Source: Sedimentisphaerales bacterium (lineage in GTDB: Bacteria > Planctomycetota > Phycisphaerae > Sedimentisphaerales > SM23-30). Taken from it: a DNA stretch of 64,000 nucleotides. The DNA is taken from assembly GCA_963666285.1 (NCBI GenBank), contig OY762711.1, one strand, 5' to 3'. The notes below the pieces were generated by a model. It did no database searches. It saw only the letters and a program-made list of their open reading frames with translations, and was not told where the DNA came from. The position numbers and the translations under genes were made by a program. Positions within the stretch are counted from its first letter, which is position 1. Every line of letters begins with the position of its first letter. This document shows positions 29,545-41,009 of this stretch, piece after piece.

Positions 29545-30087
29545 TTATTGCCCTGTCGCTGTGTTGATTCTGCTGATAAAGCTATCTGTTTGCATATACC
29601 CGGAAAACGATGTTATTACTTCACCTTCCGGATTTAGAAGAACATAACTTGGAAAACCATTAATATTGTATTTTTTTGCAAATTCCCGGTTTTTATAACC
29701 ATTGACGAGTAATAAAACCAGGTTTTGGGAGGCAAAGCTGCAAAAGCTGTCGCTGGAATATACTTCAGATTTCATTCGATCACACCATATGCATTTTGGA
29801 ATATGGAAGGAGATCAGTAATGGCTTGTTGCTTTCTCTTGCCAGATTTTGAGCTTTTTCAATATCGGTGTTCCAGAGTTTTTCGGCCTCTTCAGACATTC
29901 CGCCACCAAGGTTTTGAACATAAGTGACTGCAATTAGAGCTATTACAAATATTATCAAGAATTTGTATATGCCTTTTTCACCGCCGACTGTACACGCGCA
30001 ACTATTTGTTTTGGAGCAACATTCTTGCGATTCAGGCTTTGACAGTGGTGAATTATGGTCTGATTTCTTTTCGTTATTGTCTGTCAT
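29545..30087 (-). CDS. Membrane-anchored thioredoxin-fold protein
   Basis: KPLLISF, CIWC, GFPS cis-Pro loop; one TM. Confidence 0.85.
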   Translation of the reverse strand: MTDNNEKKSDHNSPLSKPESQECCSKTNSCACTVGGEKGIYKFLIIFVIALIAVTYVQNLGGGMSEEAEKLWNTDIEKAQNLARESNKPLLISFHIPKCIWCDRMKSEVYSSDSFCSFASQNLVLLLVNGYKNREFAKKYNINGFPSYVLLNPEGEVITSFSGYMQTDSFISRINTATGQ

Positions 30088-30325
30088 TATCCATCTCCTG
30101 CCGGATACTTGAAATTTAATATTTTGTTAAGCTGGGCAATTTTACCTTTAGCTAATTGATTATTTGGTCGATTTACAGTAAAGTCAAGCATTGCAGTACA
30201 TTAACAGTAATGTAATGAAACAGTTATGAATGTAAATATAATTGAAAAGGTAATTTGGCAATATTAGATATTGTAAGCTAAAATAGATTAGCTGATTGTC
30301 AATGATATCCAAAAGGAGATAAATA

Positions 30326-31093
30326 ATGAAAAAGGTTACAGTATTGGAAATTCTGGCTTTAGTTGTTGTTTCTTTAGCTTTAACCGGCTGCGGGCCTAGT
30401 AGAAATGATATTAGTGCTTTTTTGAAGCCTTATGAAGCAGAAGTTACTCTTAATGAGTATAAATTACAGCCGCCGGATGAAATTACTGTAAGCTGCAGTA
30501 AAGTACCCCAGTTGAATAATGTTACTCAACAAATACGATCAGATGGTAAGGTTTCTTATGAATTGTTAGGTGAATTTGAGGCCGCCGGCAAAACTCCATC
30601 AGTATTAGCTAGTGAAATCACCAAAAAGGTCAAAGATCTTTATGCTCTTTCTGATGAATATCCTCTGGATGTGAGAGTCGAAAGAGAAATGAGTAAATAT
30701 TATTATGTCTTTGGTGAGGTGCAAAGGCAGGGAGCAATGCAATATACCGGCAGAGTTACTGCATTGCAGGCTTTAGCCATGAATCCGCCTCAAGTTACTG
30801 CATGGGAATCAGAGATAAAGGTGATCAGACCTGATGGACAACCTGAGATTGATCCTAAGTCAGGAGTAGTTAAATATTCCAAAGAAAAGATATTTAAAAT
30901 GAATCTGGACGACATGGTAAAGCGAGGAGATACCAGCAAAAATGTTTTACTTGCTGAAGGTGATATAATTTATGTACCACCAACTCCTCTGGCAGCAATC
31001 TCCAATGTATTGGCTGAATTTGTCAGACCTATTGGTTTAGCATTACAGCCGTTCAACCAGTACTATCAGATGCAAAGATATCAGAGTTATTAA
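30326..31093 (+). CDS. Wza-like polysaccharide export lipoprotein
   Basis: Lipobox LTGC; Y.LQPPDEI, IRSDGKVS, YVFGEV, GDIIYVP. Confidence 0.85.
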   Translation: MKKVTVLEILALVVVSLALTGCGPSRNDISAFLKPYEAEVTLNEYKLQPPDEITVSCSKVPQLNNVTQQIRSDGKVSYELLGEFEAAGKTPSVLASEITKKVKDLYALSDEYPLDVRVEREMSKYYYVFGEVQRQGAMQYTGRVTALQALAMNPPQVTAWESEIKVIRPDGQPEIDPKSGVVKYSKEKIFKMNLDDMVKRGDTSKNVLLAEGDIIYVPPTPLAAISNVLAEFVRPIGLALQPFNQYYQMQRYQSY

Positions 31094-31146
31094 TAATCAT
31101 CATTATATTGATAATATTTAAGTTTAAGGCCATAAACTGATAATTT

Positions 31147-31968
31147 ATGCAGTATTCAATATACTTTCGCAGAGTACACTTTCTTAGCACAGTATGGTTT
31201 ATATTGTGCATAGGGACTATTGTAGCTCAATCGCTACGACAGGCAGGATTGGAATGGTGGCAGATTATCTCCATTTCCGGTTATTCTGTTGTTACGGTTT
31301 TGTTTTTTGTGAGTGTTTATTTGTTCGCTGTATTTCGTGGCGTTCATCGTCATAGCGAACCGGATGTGGAACATCCGATAACCTGCCAGAAGGTGTATAA
31401 GATTCTGTACTCATTTACCCCTTTTCTTGGTTTTGCGGCAGGACTTTGCAGTCAGATAGATGTGGAAGGAAAAACTTCTCTGGCCAACTGGCTAATTGTT
31501 GGCGCAATGGGTACATTCCTGATTACCATATCAAACTGGGTAATACTTGACCCAATGATTACCATTTTAGAAGGATATTTCCCTGATGCCCGGGAAAAAA
31601 GGAATGTCAGGCTGGAAGCACAGCGGATAGAACGGGAGCAGATACAGCTGAAAAGGCAGCAGCTTCTGGAGGAACTGGCAGAAAAGGAAAGAGAAGAACG
31701 TAAACAGCAGACGGTGGAGCTCGATGACGCAGCAGAGCAACTTTCTGACCTGATTCTTAGCGGACTGACGGGTACCAGTGGAGCTACACATCCAGAGGTA
31801 GTTGATCTGGGAGTACTTGCCTGGCAAAAAGGCGGAGTAAAATGTATGCGTATGCTGAGAGATATCGCCTGGGATAAATGCCGGGAAAAAGGTATTGCTC
31901 CCGGAATAATAGATGAAGTGGATTACTGGTGGGACGGCATAGGAGACTGGCGGGCTAAAAGCTTGTAA
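31147..31968 (+). CDS. Hypothetical membrane protein (4 TM, coiled coil, WDGIGDW end)
   Basis: 273-aa ORF; hydrophobicity pattern. Confidence 0.7.
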   Translation: MQYSIYFRRVHFLSTVWFILCIGTIVAQSLRQAGLEWWQIISISGYSVVTVLFFVSVYLFAVFRGVHRHSEPDVEHPITCQKVYKILYSFTPFLGFAAGLCSQIDVEGKTSLANWLIVGAMGTFLITISNWVILDPMITILEGYFPDAREKRNVRLEAQRIEREQIQLKRQQLLEELAEKEREERKQQTVELDDAAEQLSDLILSGLTGTSGATHPEVVDLGVLAWQKGGVKCMRMLRDIAWDKCREKGIAPGIIDEVDYWWDGIGDWRAKSL

Positions 31969-32164
31969 ATAAAAGAGTTAAGCTGATTACCTTGTTTCGA
32001 CGTAAGTTACTTGCATAGATGTTACTTTTCTCTGGACATGGTCTGTGAAATTCAATAGAATATAAAATTCAATAGAAATAGAATGTTTCTGGCTGACAAA
32101 GCCCCATGATTTACCTAAGCTATAATAGATAAAAGAGATATAAAATCTGAAAGGTTAAATAATA

Positions 32165-33004
32165 ATGAGTTCTGACCAAAGTCACAATTCGCATATGCAT
32201 GGCATGGAAGAAAATAACGATGACCTGGCTGCGATGCTGAAAAAGCATGGCAATAATATTTTGCTCGTGATTATACTGGTAGTTTTGAGCCTGGTTTCAT
32301 GGACCTGGCTTAAAAACAGCCAAAAAGTAAAAACCATGGAGAAACAGCAGGCATTGTCAAAGGTTCTGGTAGCGAGAGGTGTTTCTCAAGCTCAATCTTT
32401 GGGAGCATCTGATGACAGTTTGATAGGTGATTCTTCTTATCAGCCTTTATCTGAAATCAATCAGCTTGGTGAACTGGCAGCTAAGGAAGCTGGAACCAAT
32501 ATCGGCAGTAATGCGATGGTCCAGCAGGCCAACACAATTATGAGTCAGTTATATTTTGGTAAAGAATATATAACTGCCGAGAAAAAAGCTGAAATATGTT
32601 CAAAAGCAGAAGAGATATTTAACAGTGTAATCTCGAAATATCCCGAAAGTGCGACCGCTGTTTGTCAGGCTAAGCTTGGAATTGCCGGTATTGCGTGTGA
32701 GATGAAAGATTGGGATAAGGCGACAGAACTATATAATAGTATTATTGCCAAAAAGGAAGCATTGGCCAGTACAGTATTTCCTGCGATGGCTGAAGCCGGA
32801 TTAAAGCGAATAGACGATCTCAAAGAAATTAAAGATATTGAGTTTCCGCCTGCTCCAGAACCAGAAGAGCCGGAAGTTGTAGATACTCCTGAAGAAGAAA
32901 CTGTTCTTCCTGGAATGCCGGAAAATGTCGGAGTTGAATTACCGGCCGAAATACCTGCTGCAGAAACACCAGTTAAAGAGCAGGAAGCAGAAAAAACAGA
33001 ATAA
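32165..33004 (+). CDS. YfgM-like membrane-anchored TPR protein
   Basis: N-terminal TM, TPR-like helices, Pro/Glu-rich tail. Confidence 0.65.
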   Translation: MSSDQSHNSHMHGMEENNDDLAAMLKKHGNNILLVIILVVLSLVSWTWLKNSQKVKTMEKQQALSKVLVARGVSQAQSLGASDDSLIGDSSYQPLSEINQLGELAAKEAGTNIGSNAMVQQANTIMSQLYFGKEYITAEKKAEICSKAEEIFNSVISKYPESATAVCQAKLGIAGIACEMKDWDKATELYNSIIAKKEALASTVFPAMAEAGLKRIDDLKEIKDIEFPPAPEPEEPEVVDTPEEETVLPGMPENVGVELPAEIPAAETPVKEQEAEKTE

Positions 33005-33097
33005 TATTTGGAATCAAATTGAAAAAGGTTTATATAGAAAGTGAGCTGGTTGGATAGACAACGGCTCACTTTTGTTATTAATAGAATACTGTAATTT

Positions 33098-34174
33098 ATG
33101 TCAGAAGAGCAAATAAACAACGAAGAACTGCTAGATCAGGATAGCGAGCAGCCGGAAGAAACCCAGGATGATGATGGTGCCAGACATGTGTCCCTGAAAA
33201 TCCGCAAGGATATTTCCAAGCGTATAGACAGCTATCTTACCCACAGGTTTCCTGAGATGTCTCGTAATATTATTCAGAATCTCATCAAGGAAGGTGGCGT
33301 AACAGTTAACGGTAATAAGACCAAAAACAGTTACAAGCTGATGGCCAGGGATATTGTCGATATTATATTACCGGCTCCTCAAAATAATGAGATGGAAGGT
33401 GAGGATATCCCGCTTGATGTTATTTACGAGGATGACCATATCCTGATATTAAACAAGCAGGCAGATTTAATCGTACATCCCTCTCGTGGCCACAGGAGCG
33501 GAACCTTAGTTAATGCACTTATATATTACAGCGATTCACTGTCAAATGTGAACGGAGAATTCAGGCCGGGTATAGTGCATAGGCTCGACCGTAATACAAC
33601 CGGTGTTATAACAATTGCAAAAACTGACACTGCACATTGGCGAATAGCACACCAGTTTGAACATCGCCTGACAAGGAAAGCATATATCGCTGTTGTACAG
33701 GGCGGGATGGAACTGGATGCGGATATGATCAATAAGCCTCTTGACCGTCATCCTAAAATTCGTGAAAAATTTGCGGTCAGCCCAACAACCGGTAAAACAG
33801 CTGTTACCACCTGGCAGGTTCTTAAACGGTACCAGGGTTATACTTTACTCAAGCTTATTCCCAAAACAGGTCGAACCCATCAGTTGAGAGTGCACTGCAG
33901 CTACATCAAAAAGCCGATTGTTGCTGATGATATGTACGGCGGAAAAATTGTCACGCTCGAACAGATTGTAGGCAATCAGCCTTTACCTGTAGAAGGTGAA
34001 CCAGGTTTTGGATTGAACCCTAACGATCCGGTGATCTCTCGTCAGGCTTTGCATGCTGTTGAGTTGACATTTCGCCATCCAATTTCCGGTGAATCAATGA
34101 CATTCGAGGCACCTTTGAAACCGGATATGCAGTTGCTGATAGATCTCCTGGAAAAATATCGGCCATTGAAATAA
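33098..34174 (+). CDS. rluD: RluA/RluD-family pseudouridine synthase with S4 domain
   Basis: RID.YL, GIVHRLDRNTTG, TGRTHQLRVH, RQALHA. Confidence 0.92.
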   Translation: MSEEQINNEELLDQDSEQPEETQDDDGARHVSLKIRKDISKRIDSYLTHRFPEMSRNIIQNLIKEGGVTVNGNKTKNSYKLMARDIVDIILPAPQNNEMEGEDIPLDVIYEDDHILILNKQADLIVHPSRGHRSGTLVNALIYYSDSLSNVNGEFRPGIVHRLDRNTTGVITIAKTDTAHWRIAHQFEHRLTRKAYIAVVQGGMELDADMINKPLDRHPKIREKFAVSPTTGKTAVTTWQVLKRYQGYTLLKLIPKTGRTHQLRVHCSYIKKPIVADDMYGGKIVTLEQIVGNQPLPVEGEPGFGLNPNDPVISRQALHAVELTFRHPISGESMTFEAPLKPDMQLLIDLLEKYRPLK

Positions 34175-34474
34175 TATATGGTTCCTGATTGTCCTGGTAA
34201 ATCCATGATTTAATCGTCCTATAATATATATAAGTTTTTTTGATTTGACATTATTGTTTGTTATCCTTATCTTTGGTTATTCTAATAGTCTGGAATTTGC
34301 CTGTTGATATTTCGATTTGGTTCCATTAAAGGCCTTTATTCGTGCTGAAATATTGTTTTTGGAGTATATGTAAACTCCGATGGTCTCAGGAGAATCTGGC
34401 AAAATCAGTTATTTGATGTTATTACTCAATTAATATTATAAATCGTTCGATATTATTGTTAGGAATAGGACTAT

Positions 34475-37400
34475 ATGGCAATAATCAGAGCAAAAATATT
34501 TCATTTTGGAATTAGCTGTATCCTGATTTTTTCTTCTTTTCAGGTACAGGCAGAGATTATCAGTTTTGATGATACGTTATTTCCCCTTTGTAAGTTGGCC
34601 GAAGATGTTACCTCTGCAAAAGATGCATATATACAATTCGGCAGTTATCCTGAAGTTCTGGTTAATGGTGATTCACAGTTGAATCCGTTAATATTAATAT
34701 TGGCAGTTTCAGCCCTTTTAATTATTTCTTTTTGGATGTTGCTTAAAACTTTACGGAACCAGGTGAGTAAGCAAACTGATCAGATTGCAGAAAGCCGGCA
34801 AAAATATCGTGATCTTGTGGAGTCAACCAATGACTGGGTCTGGGAAGTCGATCTTGACGGCAAATATACTTATTTCAATACGAAGGTTGAAGATATACTT
34901 GGTTACAGTCCGGAAGAAATGAAAGGTAAAACCGCTTTTGATTTCATGGAACCTGTTGAAGCGGAACGTGTTCTGCATATATTCCATGATGTATTAGAAA
35001 GCCGGGAACCGGTGATCGGGCTTGTCAATTACAATATTCATAAAAATGGTCACCAGGTTGTACTGGAGACTAACGCGATTCCAATTTTAGATAAGAATGG
35101 TAATCTTAAAGGATATCGTGGTACAGATAGAAATATTACAGAACGGATAGAAAATCAGGAATTAATCAAAAGGACTGAATATGAGCTAAAGACCATTTAT
35201 GAAAATGTGCCTTTGGCTATGCTTCTGATGAATCGGGATAGAGAGATTGTCAGGCTCAATGCCAGGGCGTTGGAGTTTGTCAACAAACAAGAAGACGATT
35301 CTATCGGTCTTAAGGGAGGCGATTTTCTCAACTGTATCCATGCTTCTGATAGTGACGGTGGATGCGGCAAAGGTTGCCATTGTCAGAGTTGCGGTTTGCG
35401 AAATGCGGTAGCGAAGGCTTTTGAAACCGGTGAACCGGTTATTAACGAAGCAGCTTTTATTGAATTTAATTCTACTGACAATCAGGTTTGCGGTATTCAT
35501 ATAAGATTATCAGCTATTCCTCTGAAAGAAATGGATGAGGATGTTGTCCTGGTCTGCTTGGAGGATGTTACTTCTCAGAAGAACAATGAAGAATCAATCA
35601 AACAGAATGCCAGGGAAATGTCGGCATTAAATCTTTTGGGCCAGCAGGTCAACAGCAGTCTGGCAATTGAAAGCGTGCTGGATTTCGCCTTGAAAGGCAT
35701 TTCTGATATTATCAATCCGGACACATGTTTTATTTTTATTGCCGAAGACAGTAAACTTAGTGTAAAAGCTCAGCGGTGTAACGTTGACCGGCTCAAAATG
35801 GACAGGGAACCCCATGTTTTCGGCGAATGCCTGTGTGGGATTGCTGCCAGGGATAAAAAACCAACCTGGTCAAAAAATATTAACTCTGATTCCAGGTGTT
35901 CCTGGACTGAATGTAAAGAGGCCGGGCTTGTCTCCTTTGCCGCCTATCCGCTTATGAAGGGAGATGAAGTGCTGGGCGTACTTGCTCTGGGTTCTGTTTC
36001 AGAGAGAGATTTCAGTGAGAAACAAAAATTTCTTGAAAACGCTGCCAGTCAGATTGCGGCCGGTTTATATAATGCCAAATTATATCAGCAGCTGAAAGAA
36101 CATGCCGAGCAGCTTAATTGTGAAATTGAAGATCGCATAAAAGCAGAAAATTCTGCCAGAGAGAGCCGGGAGAGACATCGCCATTTTGTTGAGAGTTTCC
36201 AGGGGATTGCATATCAGGCTGAATTGAATAGCTACAAACCTGTTCTGTTTGAAGGGACGGTTAAGGATGTTATCGGATATTCCGCAGAAGAATTTCTAAA
36301 TGGCAGTGTGAAATGGTTTGATATTATTTATCCTGATGATATGGCTGTTTTCAGTACGGAAACGGAAAAACTGCATGCTGAAACTGGTTATGTTGTCTGT
36401 GCCGAATATCGTATATTTGATAAAAACGGCAATATTTGCTGGGTTAGAGATGTCGGCAGGGTTGTAAATGTTGGCGATAACCAACTCATACAAGGTACTA
36501 TTGTAGATATTACCGATAGAAAACGAACTGAAGAAGCGTTGGAAAAACGATTATTGGCATTAACAAAGCCGCTGGGGCTTGATGAAACCATTGAATTTGA
36601 AGATTTATTTAATATTCAGGATATCCAAAAACTGCAGGATGAATTTGCTGAGGCTGCCGGTGTCGCTTCGATTATCACTAAAACTGACGGCTCGCCTATA
36701 ACCCAGCCAAGCAATTTCTGCAGGTTGTGTAATGACATTATCCGTAATACGAAAAAAGGCTGTGCAAACTGTTTTAAGTCTGATGCCGCGATTGGAAAAC
36801 TTTGTCTGAATGGTCCGACTATCCAGCCTTGTATGAGTGGTGGTTTATGGGATGCGGGGGCAGGTATCTCGGTCGGTGGGCGTCATGTGGCAAACTGGCT
36901 GATTGGCCAGGTTCGGGATGATACCCAGTCTGAAGAGAACATCAGGGCATATGCCAGGGAAATTGAAGCTGATGAGGATGAAGTGGTGGAAGCTTTCTTT
37001 GAAGTTCCGGCGATGAGCCCCGAGCATTTTAAGAAAGTTGCCCAGGCTTTATTTACCCTGGCCGGTCAACTGTCGAATACGGCATATCAGAACATTCAAC
37101 AGGCCAGGTTTATCGATCAGGCAAGAAAGGCCGAGGAAGTACTTAAAAATTATAATGCTAATCTTGAAGTAGAGGTTCTTGCCAGGACTGAAGAGCTTGT
37201 TGAAAAGAATGTTGCTCTGGAAAAACAGATTGTAGAACGTGAAAAAGCTGAAAATGAACTTAAAACGGCAACTTCGCAATTAGTTCAGGCAGAAAAACTT
37301 GCTACTATTGGTCAACTTGCTGCCGGAGTGGCTCATGAGATAAACAATCCATTGGGGGCTATTGGTTCATCTAATGGAATTATTTCTAATAGTTTTGGAA

Positions 37401-38233
37401 GTATAATTCATGACTTCGATAAGATTTCTTTTCTTCCTGATTCTGAAATTGTTTTAATAAAAGGAATTATTAACTTAATATTAACCAGTAAATTTAATCT
37501 GTCTTCCAGGGAAAACCGTCAATATAAGCAGCAATTGATAAAAAATCTTGAGGAAAACAATATAGCCAATCCTTCACCGGCTGCTTCACTTTTTGTCAAT
37601 ATTGGTTTAGTTGATAATTTTCTCAAATATCTGCCTCTGCTGCAAAGCGAACATAGTTTGCAGATTATCGACTTTTTGCAGGATGTGTATTCAGTTGCCC
37701 ATGGTACCAGGATTATTGATACTGCAATTAGTCAATCTTCACGTGTTGTTAATGCATTGAGAGACTTTGCCCGGTCGGATGAATATGCGGAGGAGGTGAA
37801 AGTCGATATCAAGGATACTTTGGATACCGCAATGGTGCTTTATGGCAATATGGTTAAGCGTGGAGTCATATTTAAATTTGATTTTGATGAAGTGCCACCA
37901 ATAAATTGCCACCCGCATAAACTGTGCCAGGTTTGGTCTAACCTGATTCAAAATGCTGTCCAGGCAATGGATCATGAAGGCACGCTGACTATTTCTCTTA
38001 AACAAATCGACGATAATGTTCAGGTTTGTGTTTCTGATACCGGCTCTGGCATACCCGATGATATTATTGATAAGATATTTGAGCCGTTATTTTCAACCAA
38101 GGCTATTGGTGAAGGTACCGGTCTTGGCCTTGATATTGCCAAACGAATTGTCGAGCGTCATAATGGTACGATTGAAGTTATCAGTGAAGTCGGTAAAGGA
38201 ACAACATTTACGGTTTCGTTACCGATAACCTGA
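34475..38233 (+). CDS. Multi-sensor histidine kinase (TM, PAS x3, GAF, PocR, NtrB-type kinase)
   Basis: PAS/PAC signatures; PocR motif PSNFCRLC...CFKSD...[33 protein letters not shown]. Confidence 0.92.
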   Translation: MAIIRAKIFHFGISCILIFSSFQVQAEIISFDDTLFPLCKLAEDVTSAKDAYIQFGSYPEVLVNGDSQLNPLILILAVSALLIISFWMLLKTLRNQVSKQTDQIAESRQKYRDLVESTNDWVWEVDLDGKYTYFNTKVEDILGYSPEEMKGKTAFDFMEPVEAERVLHIFHDVLESREPVIGLVNYNIHKNGHQVVLETNAIPILDKNGNLKGYRGTDRNITERIENQELIKRTEYELKTIYENVPLAMLLMNRDREIVRLNARALEFVNKQEDDSIGLKGGDFLNCIHASDSDGGCGKGCHCQSCGLRNAVAKAFETGEPVINEAAFIEFNSTDNQVCGIHIRLSAIPLKEMDEDVVLVCLEDVTSQKNNEESIKQNAREMSALNLLGQQVNSSLAIESVLDFALKGISDIINPDTCFIFIAEDSKLSVKAQRCNVDRLKMDREPHVFGECLCGIAARDKKPTWSKNINSDSRCSWTECKEAGLVSFAAYPLMKGDEVLGVLALGSVSERDFSEKQKFLENAASQIAAGLYNAKLYQQLKEHAEQLNCEIEDRIKAENSARESRERHRHFVESFQGIAYQAELNSYKPVLFEGTVKDVIGYSAEEFLNGSVKWFDIIYPDDMAVFSTETEKLHAETGYVVCAEYRIFDKNGNICWVRDVGRVVNVGDNQLIQGTIVDITDRKRTEEALEKRLLALTKPLGLDETIEFEDLFNIQDIQKLQDEFAEAAGVASIITKTDGSPITQPSNFCRLCNDIIRNTKKGCANCFKSDAAIGKLCLNGPTIQPCMSGGLWDAGAGISVGGRHVANWLIGQVRDDTQSEENIRAYAREIEADEDEVVEAFFEVPAMSPEHFKKVAQALFTLAGQLSNTAYQNIQQARFIDQARKAEEVLKNYNANLEVEVLARTEELVEKNVALEKQIVEREKAENELKTATSQLVQAEKLATIGQLAAGVAHEINNPLGAIGSSNGIISNSFGSIIHDFDKISFLPDSEIVLIKGIINLILTSKFNLSSRENRQYKQQLIKNLEENNIANPSPAASLFVNIGLVDNFLKYLPLLQSEHSLQIIDFLQDVYSVAHGTRIIDTAISQSSRVVNALRDFARSDEYAEEVKVDIKDTLDTAMVLYGNMVKRGVIFKFDFDEVPPINCHPHKLCQVWSNLIQNAVQAMDHEGTLTISLKQIDDNVQVCVSDTGSGIPDDIIDKIFEPLFSTKAIGEGTGLGLDIAKRIVERHNGTIEVISEVGKGTTFTVSLPIT

Positions 38234-40705
38234 TTATTTATTTTTTTGCAGTAAATACCACATTGTTTCGTGTTTCGGGTCTAGCAGTATTTTATTCTTT
38301 TCTATTTTAACTTCTTCTCTTATGGTTCCATCTGGGTAAAGAGCGTAGCATTTCCAGTTTCTCAAATTTAATTCCTTAAATTCAAGATACCCTTTGACTG
38401 ATTCTATTTGAGCCGGGCCGCTGCCCCAGTTTTTCCCGACAGTGTTGCGGTTGTCAGAAAAAATCATATCAACATTTTCGCTTCTGCCGCAGGCAGTAAT
38501 TAAATACTTACTATTTCCGGTTAGAGGGTTGATGGATATTACAGCGGAACCGGGAGAGTCTATCTTAAATTTGAATGTTGAATTTTCTGACTCAGAAAGA
38601 CTTGCCATGTTCCCGGCATAAACTCCGCAGCTGCCGTCAGAAACTATATAAACTCCGTCGTGCCAGCTGTCCAGACCTTCCATTTCGCTTACTATGTCAG
38701 GCTTGAACAGGGCTTTCATATTGCGGTCATGCCGGGCATGAGTTTTGGCCAGGCTTTCAAGCATTGGTGATTCGTTTTGCTCCAACTCGAATTTCCTGGG
38801 TGTTTTGTATTCCTTCAGGGCAAAAGACCTGAAGGCAGAGGCTCCGAATCTTACAAAGCCCCATTTGGCAGGATTAGTGTCAACGTCAAAATAACTGTTG
38901 ATATAATTACGATCCCATTGCTCATTGCTATGTGAATAGGTATAGAGCCATACGCCGTTCCAGTCCTGTCGGGCGGCCCACGAAGCGATCATCGGCACGC
39001 ATTCAGCCTGGCTGTCCAGTGGTGCCGGGTGATTATATTCACTTACAGTATAAGGTTTACCGGCAAGTCTTTCAGATGAAAGTTCTGCCAAAGTCGAGCC
39101 TTGAGGAAAATCTGACATCGCCTGCTGCTGGATTATCCAGTTGCCGCTGTCCCATGGTTTGCCGGGGAAATTTGGGTGTTTCCAGTATGCATGGGAGTCA
39201 ATGTAATCCATATTACTTTGGGCCCATAATCCCAGCGGGCCAAATACTATCGTTCCGGTAACGTTAGCCCGGCAGCCGAGTTCTTCTTTTATATATTTAT
39301 ACATCCCGTCAAAATACGATTTTTCAGTTTCGGCATAAAACATCATTCTATCTACCGTTCTTGTCGGCGATTCAATGTCTTTATAAAGTTCAACTGACAT
39401 GTTTTCCAGAGACTCATTTTCTGACATTTTATATTCTACCCCGGGCTGCATTATAATATTTGCCAGGTAAAATTCTGTATCATCTTTTCCAAAGATAAAT
39501 CCTATCCGGGCGTTTTTGTCGTTTTGTTTAGCGATAAAGTTATACCTGTATAAATTCCAGCTTTTGTCCAGTTTTACTGTTTGAGCCAGTCCCAGGTTTT
39601 GCCAGTCGGCATGATTTTCCATCACGCTCAGACTAACTTCTCTTGGCTTTGCCGCAGCGGCATAAAAGCTTACGGTATAAGGTTTGCCGACCTCGATTTT
39701 TAAGTCTCTCTGATTGAATTGCAGGTGCCAGGAGATACCATCAATATTTTCCGGTTTTATCTCTATGCATTCCTTATCCTTCCAGGTAGTTGAACTGATC
39801 GTTGCCCTTGCCTGGTCATGCTGTTCCAGCATCCAGTTTTTTACCTGGTTGTTTTGTACGTTTGACAATTCTGAATTTAACAGTATGTTATTTTCAAGCG
39901 GAACGCTCTGGCTTAGCCACGCCTGCACTAGTTCATGGTCGCTGGTATATTTTGTTTTTAGCCAATGGTTATATTGATTCTGTAGTAATTTTGCATAATA
40001 CTCCGGCAGGTTTGGTAAAGTTGCGGCAGCAGACCACATAAACAGGCTGTTTTCATTGGTTATCTCAACAAAACCAATCGCATAGTCATCAGCATAGCGA
40101 ACGCCGCGATATTTGTTCTTATGCGTCAGCAGCGCCCTGGCATATCTTTTCTGCGCTTCGATGATTTCAGGGGTGAATATACTTATCATTTTATCATATC
40201 GCAGATCGTAGCTTTTGGGGGCCGCTATGTTAAGGTCTGTACTGTGTTCCTTGCCTACATGCAGGTTAATGTTTGAGTAAATTCCGCATTCGGCCAGCTG
40301 GTCGATAAAGTAATCAAGCCTGTCAAGAGCTTCCGGGTGAAATTTGGTTCCGCTGTTGTCCCATATCCCCCTTGGCCATTTCGCGGAGTCCATATGATGA
40401 AGACGGACAGAATTTATTCCGGCACCGGCAAGCCTTTTTGCCAGTCGTTCGGCGTCTGAGTGACTCGGAAAGCATGCCCCAAATGACATATTCACACCCC
40501 AGATTCGTATGGCTTTTCCTTCATTGCTAATAAAATCTTCTCCCTTGGCTGTTAGTCTGTCTGACTCATTTAAGGGCTGATAATCAAAAACGAGCTCAGA
40601 TTCGGGTGACTGATCAACCGGAATAACAAAAGGGGCGAAATCTTGTGCCGGGATAGCGGTGCCAAAAATCAGTATTGGCAGCATTGATATTATCAGTCTG
40701 TACAT
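38234..40705 (-). CDS. Secreted clan-A (GH5-like) glycoside hydrolase with inserted CBM4/9-like module
   Basis: WGVN, GINSVRLHH, EITNEN, DSHAYW.HP, VSEYNH; WHLQFNQ..GKPYTVSF insert. Confidence 0.75.
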   Translation of the reverse strand: MYRLIISMLPILIFGTAIPAQDFAPFVIPVDQSPESELVFDYQPLNESDRLTAKGEDFISNEGKAIRIWGVNMSFGACFPSHSDAERLAKRLAGAGINSVRLHHMDSAKWPRGIWDNSGTKFHPEALDRLDYFIDQLAECGIYSNINLHVGKEHSTDLNIAAPKSYDLRYDKMISIFTPEIIEAQKRYARALLTHKNKYRGVRYADDYAIGFVEITNENSLFMWSAAATLPNLPEYYAKLLQNQYNHWLKTKYTSDHELVQAWLSQSVPLENNILLNSELSNVQNNQVKNWMLEQHDQARATISSTTWKDKECIEIKPENIDGISWHLQFNQRDLKIEVGKPYTVSFYAAAAKPREVSLSVMENHADWQNLGLAQTVKLDKSWNLYRYNFIAKQNDKNARIGFIFGKDDTEFYLANIIMQPGVEYKMSENESLENMSVELYKDIESPTRTVDRMMFYAETEKSYFDGMYKYIKEELGCRANVTGTIVFGPLGLWAQSNMDYIDSHAYWKHPNFPGKPWDSGNWIIQQQAMSDFPQGSTLAELSSERLAGKPYTVSEYNHPAPLDSQAECVPMIASWAARQDWNGVWLYTYSHSNEQWDRNYINSYFDVDTNPAKWGFVRFGASAFRSFALKEYKTPRKFELEQNESPMLESLAKTHARHDRNMKALFKPDIVSEMEGLDSWHDGVYIVSDGSCGVYAGNMASLSESENSTFKFKIDSPGSAVISINPLTGNSKYLITACGRSENVDMIFSDNRNTVGKNWGSGPAQIESVKGYLEFKELNLRNWKCYALYPDGTIREEVKIEKNKILLDPKHETMWYLLQKNK

Positions 40706-41009
40706 AATGGCCTCATTTAAGTTTGTAGAATATTATATGGATTATTATATATTTTGTAATCATACCCAATTATTTACCATTAATCATTATTATTATGGGA
40801 CCGTTGTTGTTTTTCCTTCTAAGTTCTCTTTAATTATTGTCGATATATATTATAGTATAAATAGGGTTGATGCCTTTTTGTCAAGGTTAACCCGTCGTTA
40901 GTGATTGCCTAATTGATGAAATAACGTATTCTGGGATGAGATAAACTTATATTTTCAGGTAGTTTAAATATTTGCAGTTTCTGGGTTGCTGACTAAATGA
41001 GGTATTGAT

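Noticed and set aside
32048..32077. 13-bp direct repeat AAATTCAATAGAA x2
   Set aside because: Could be an operator, but it is short and AT-rich with no supporting evidence.
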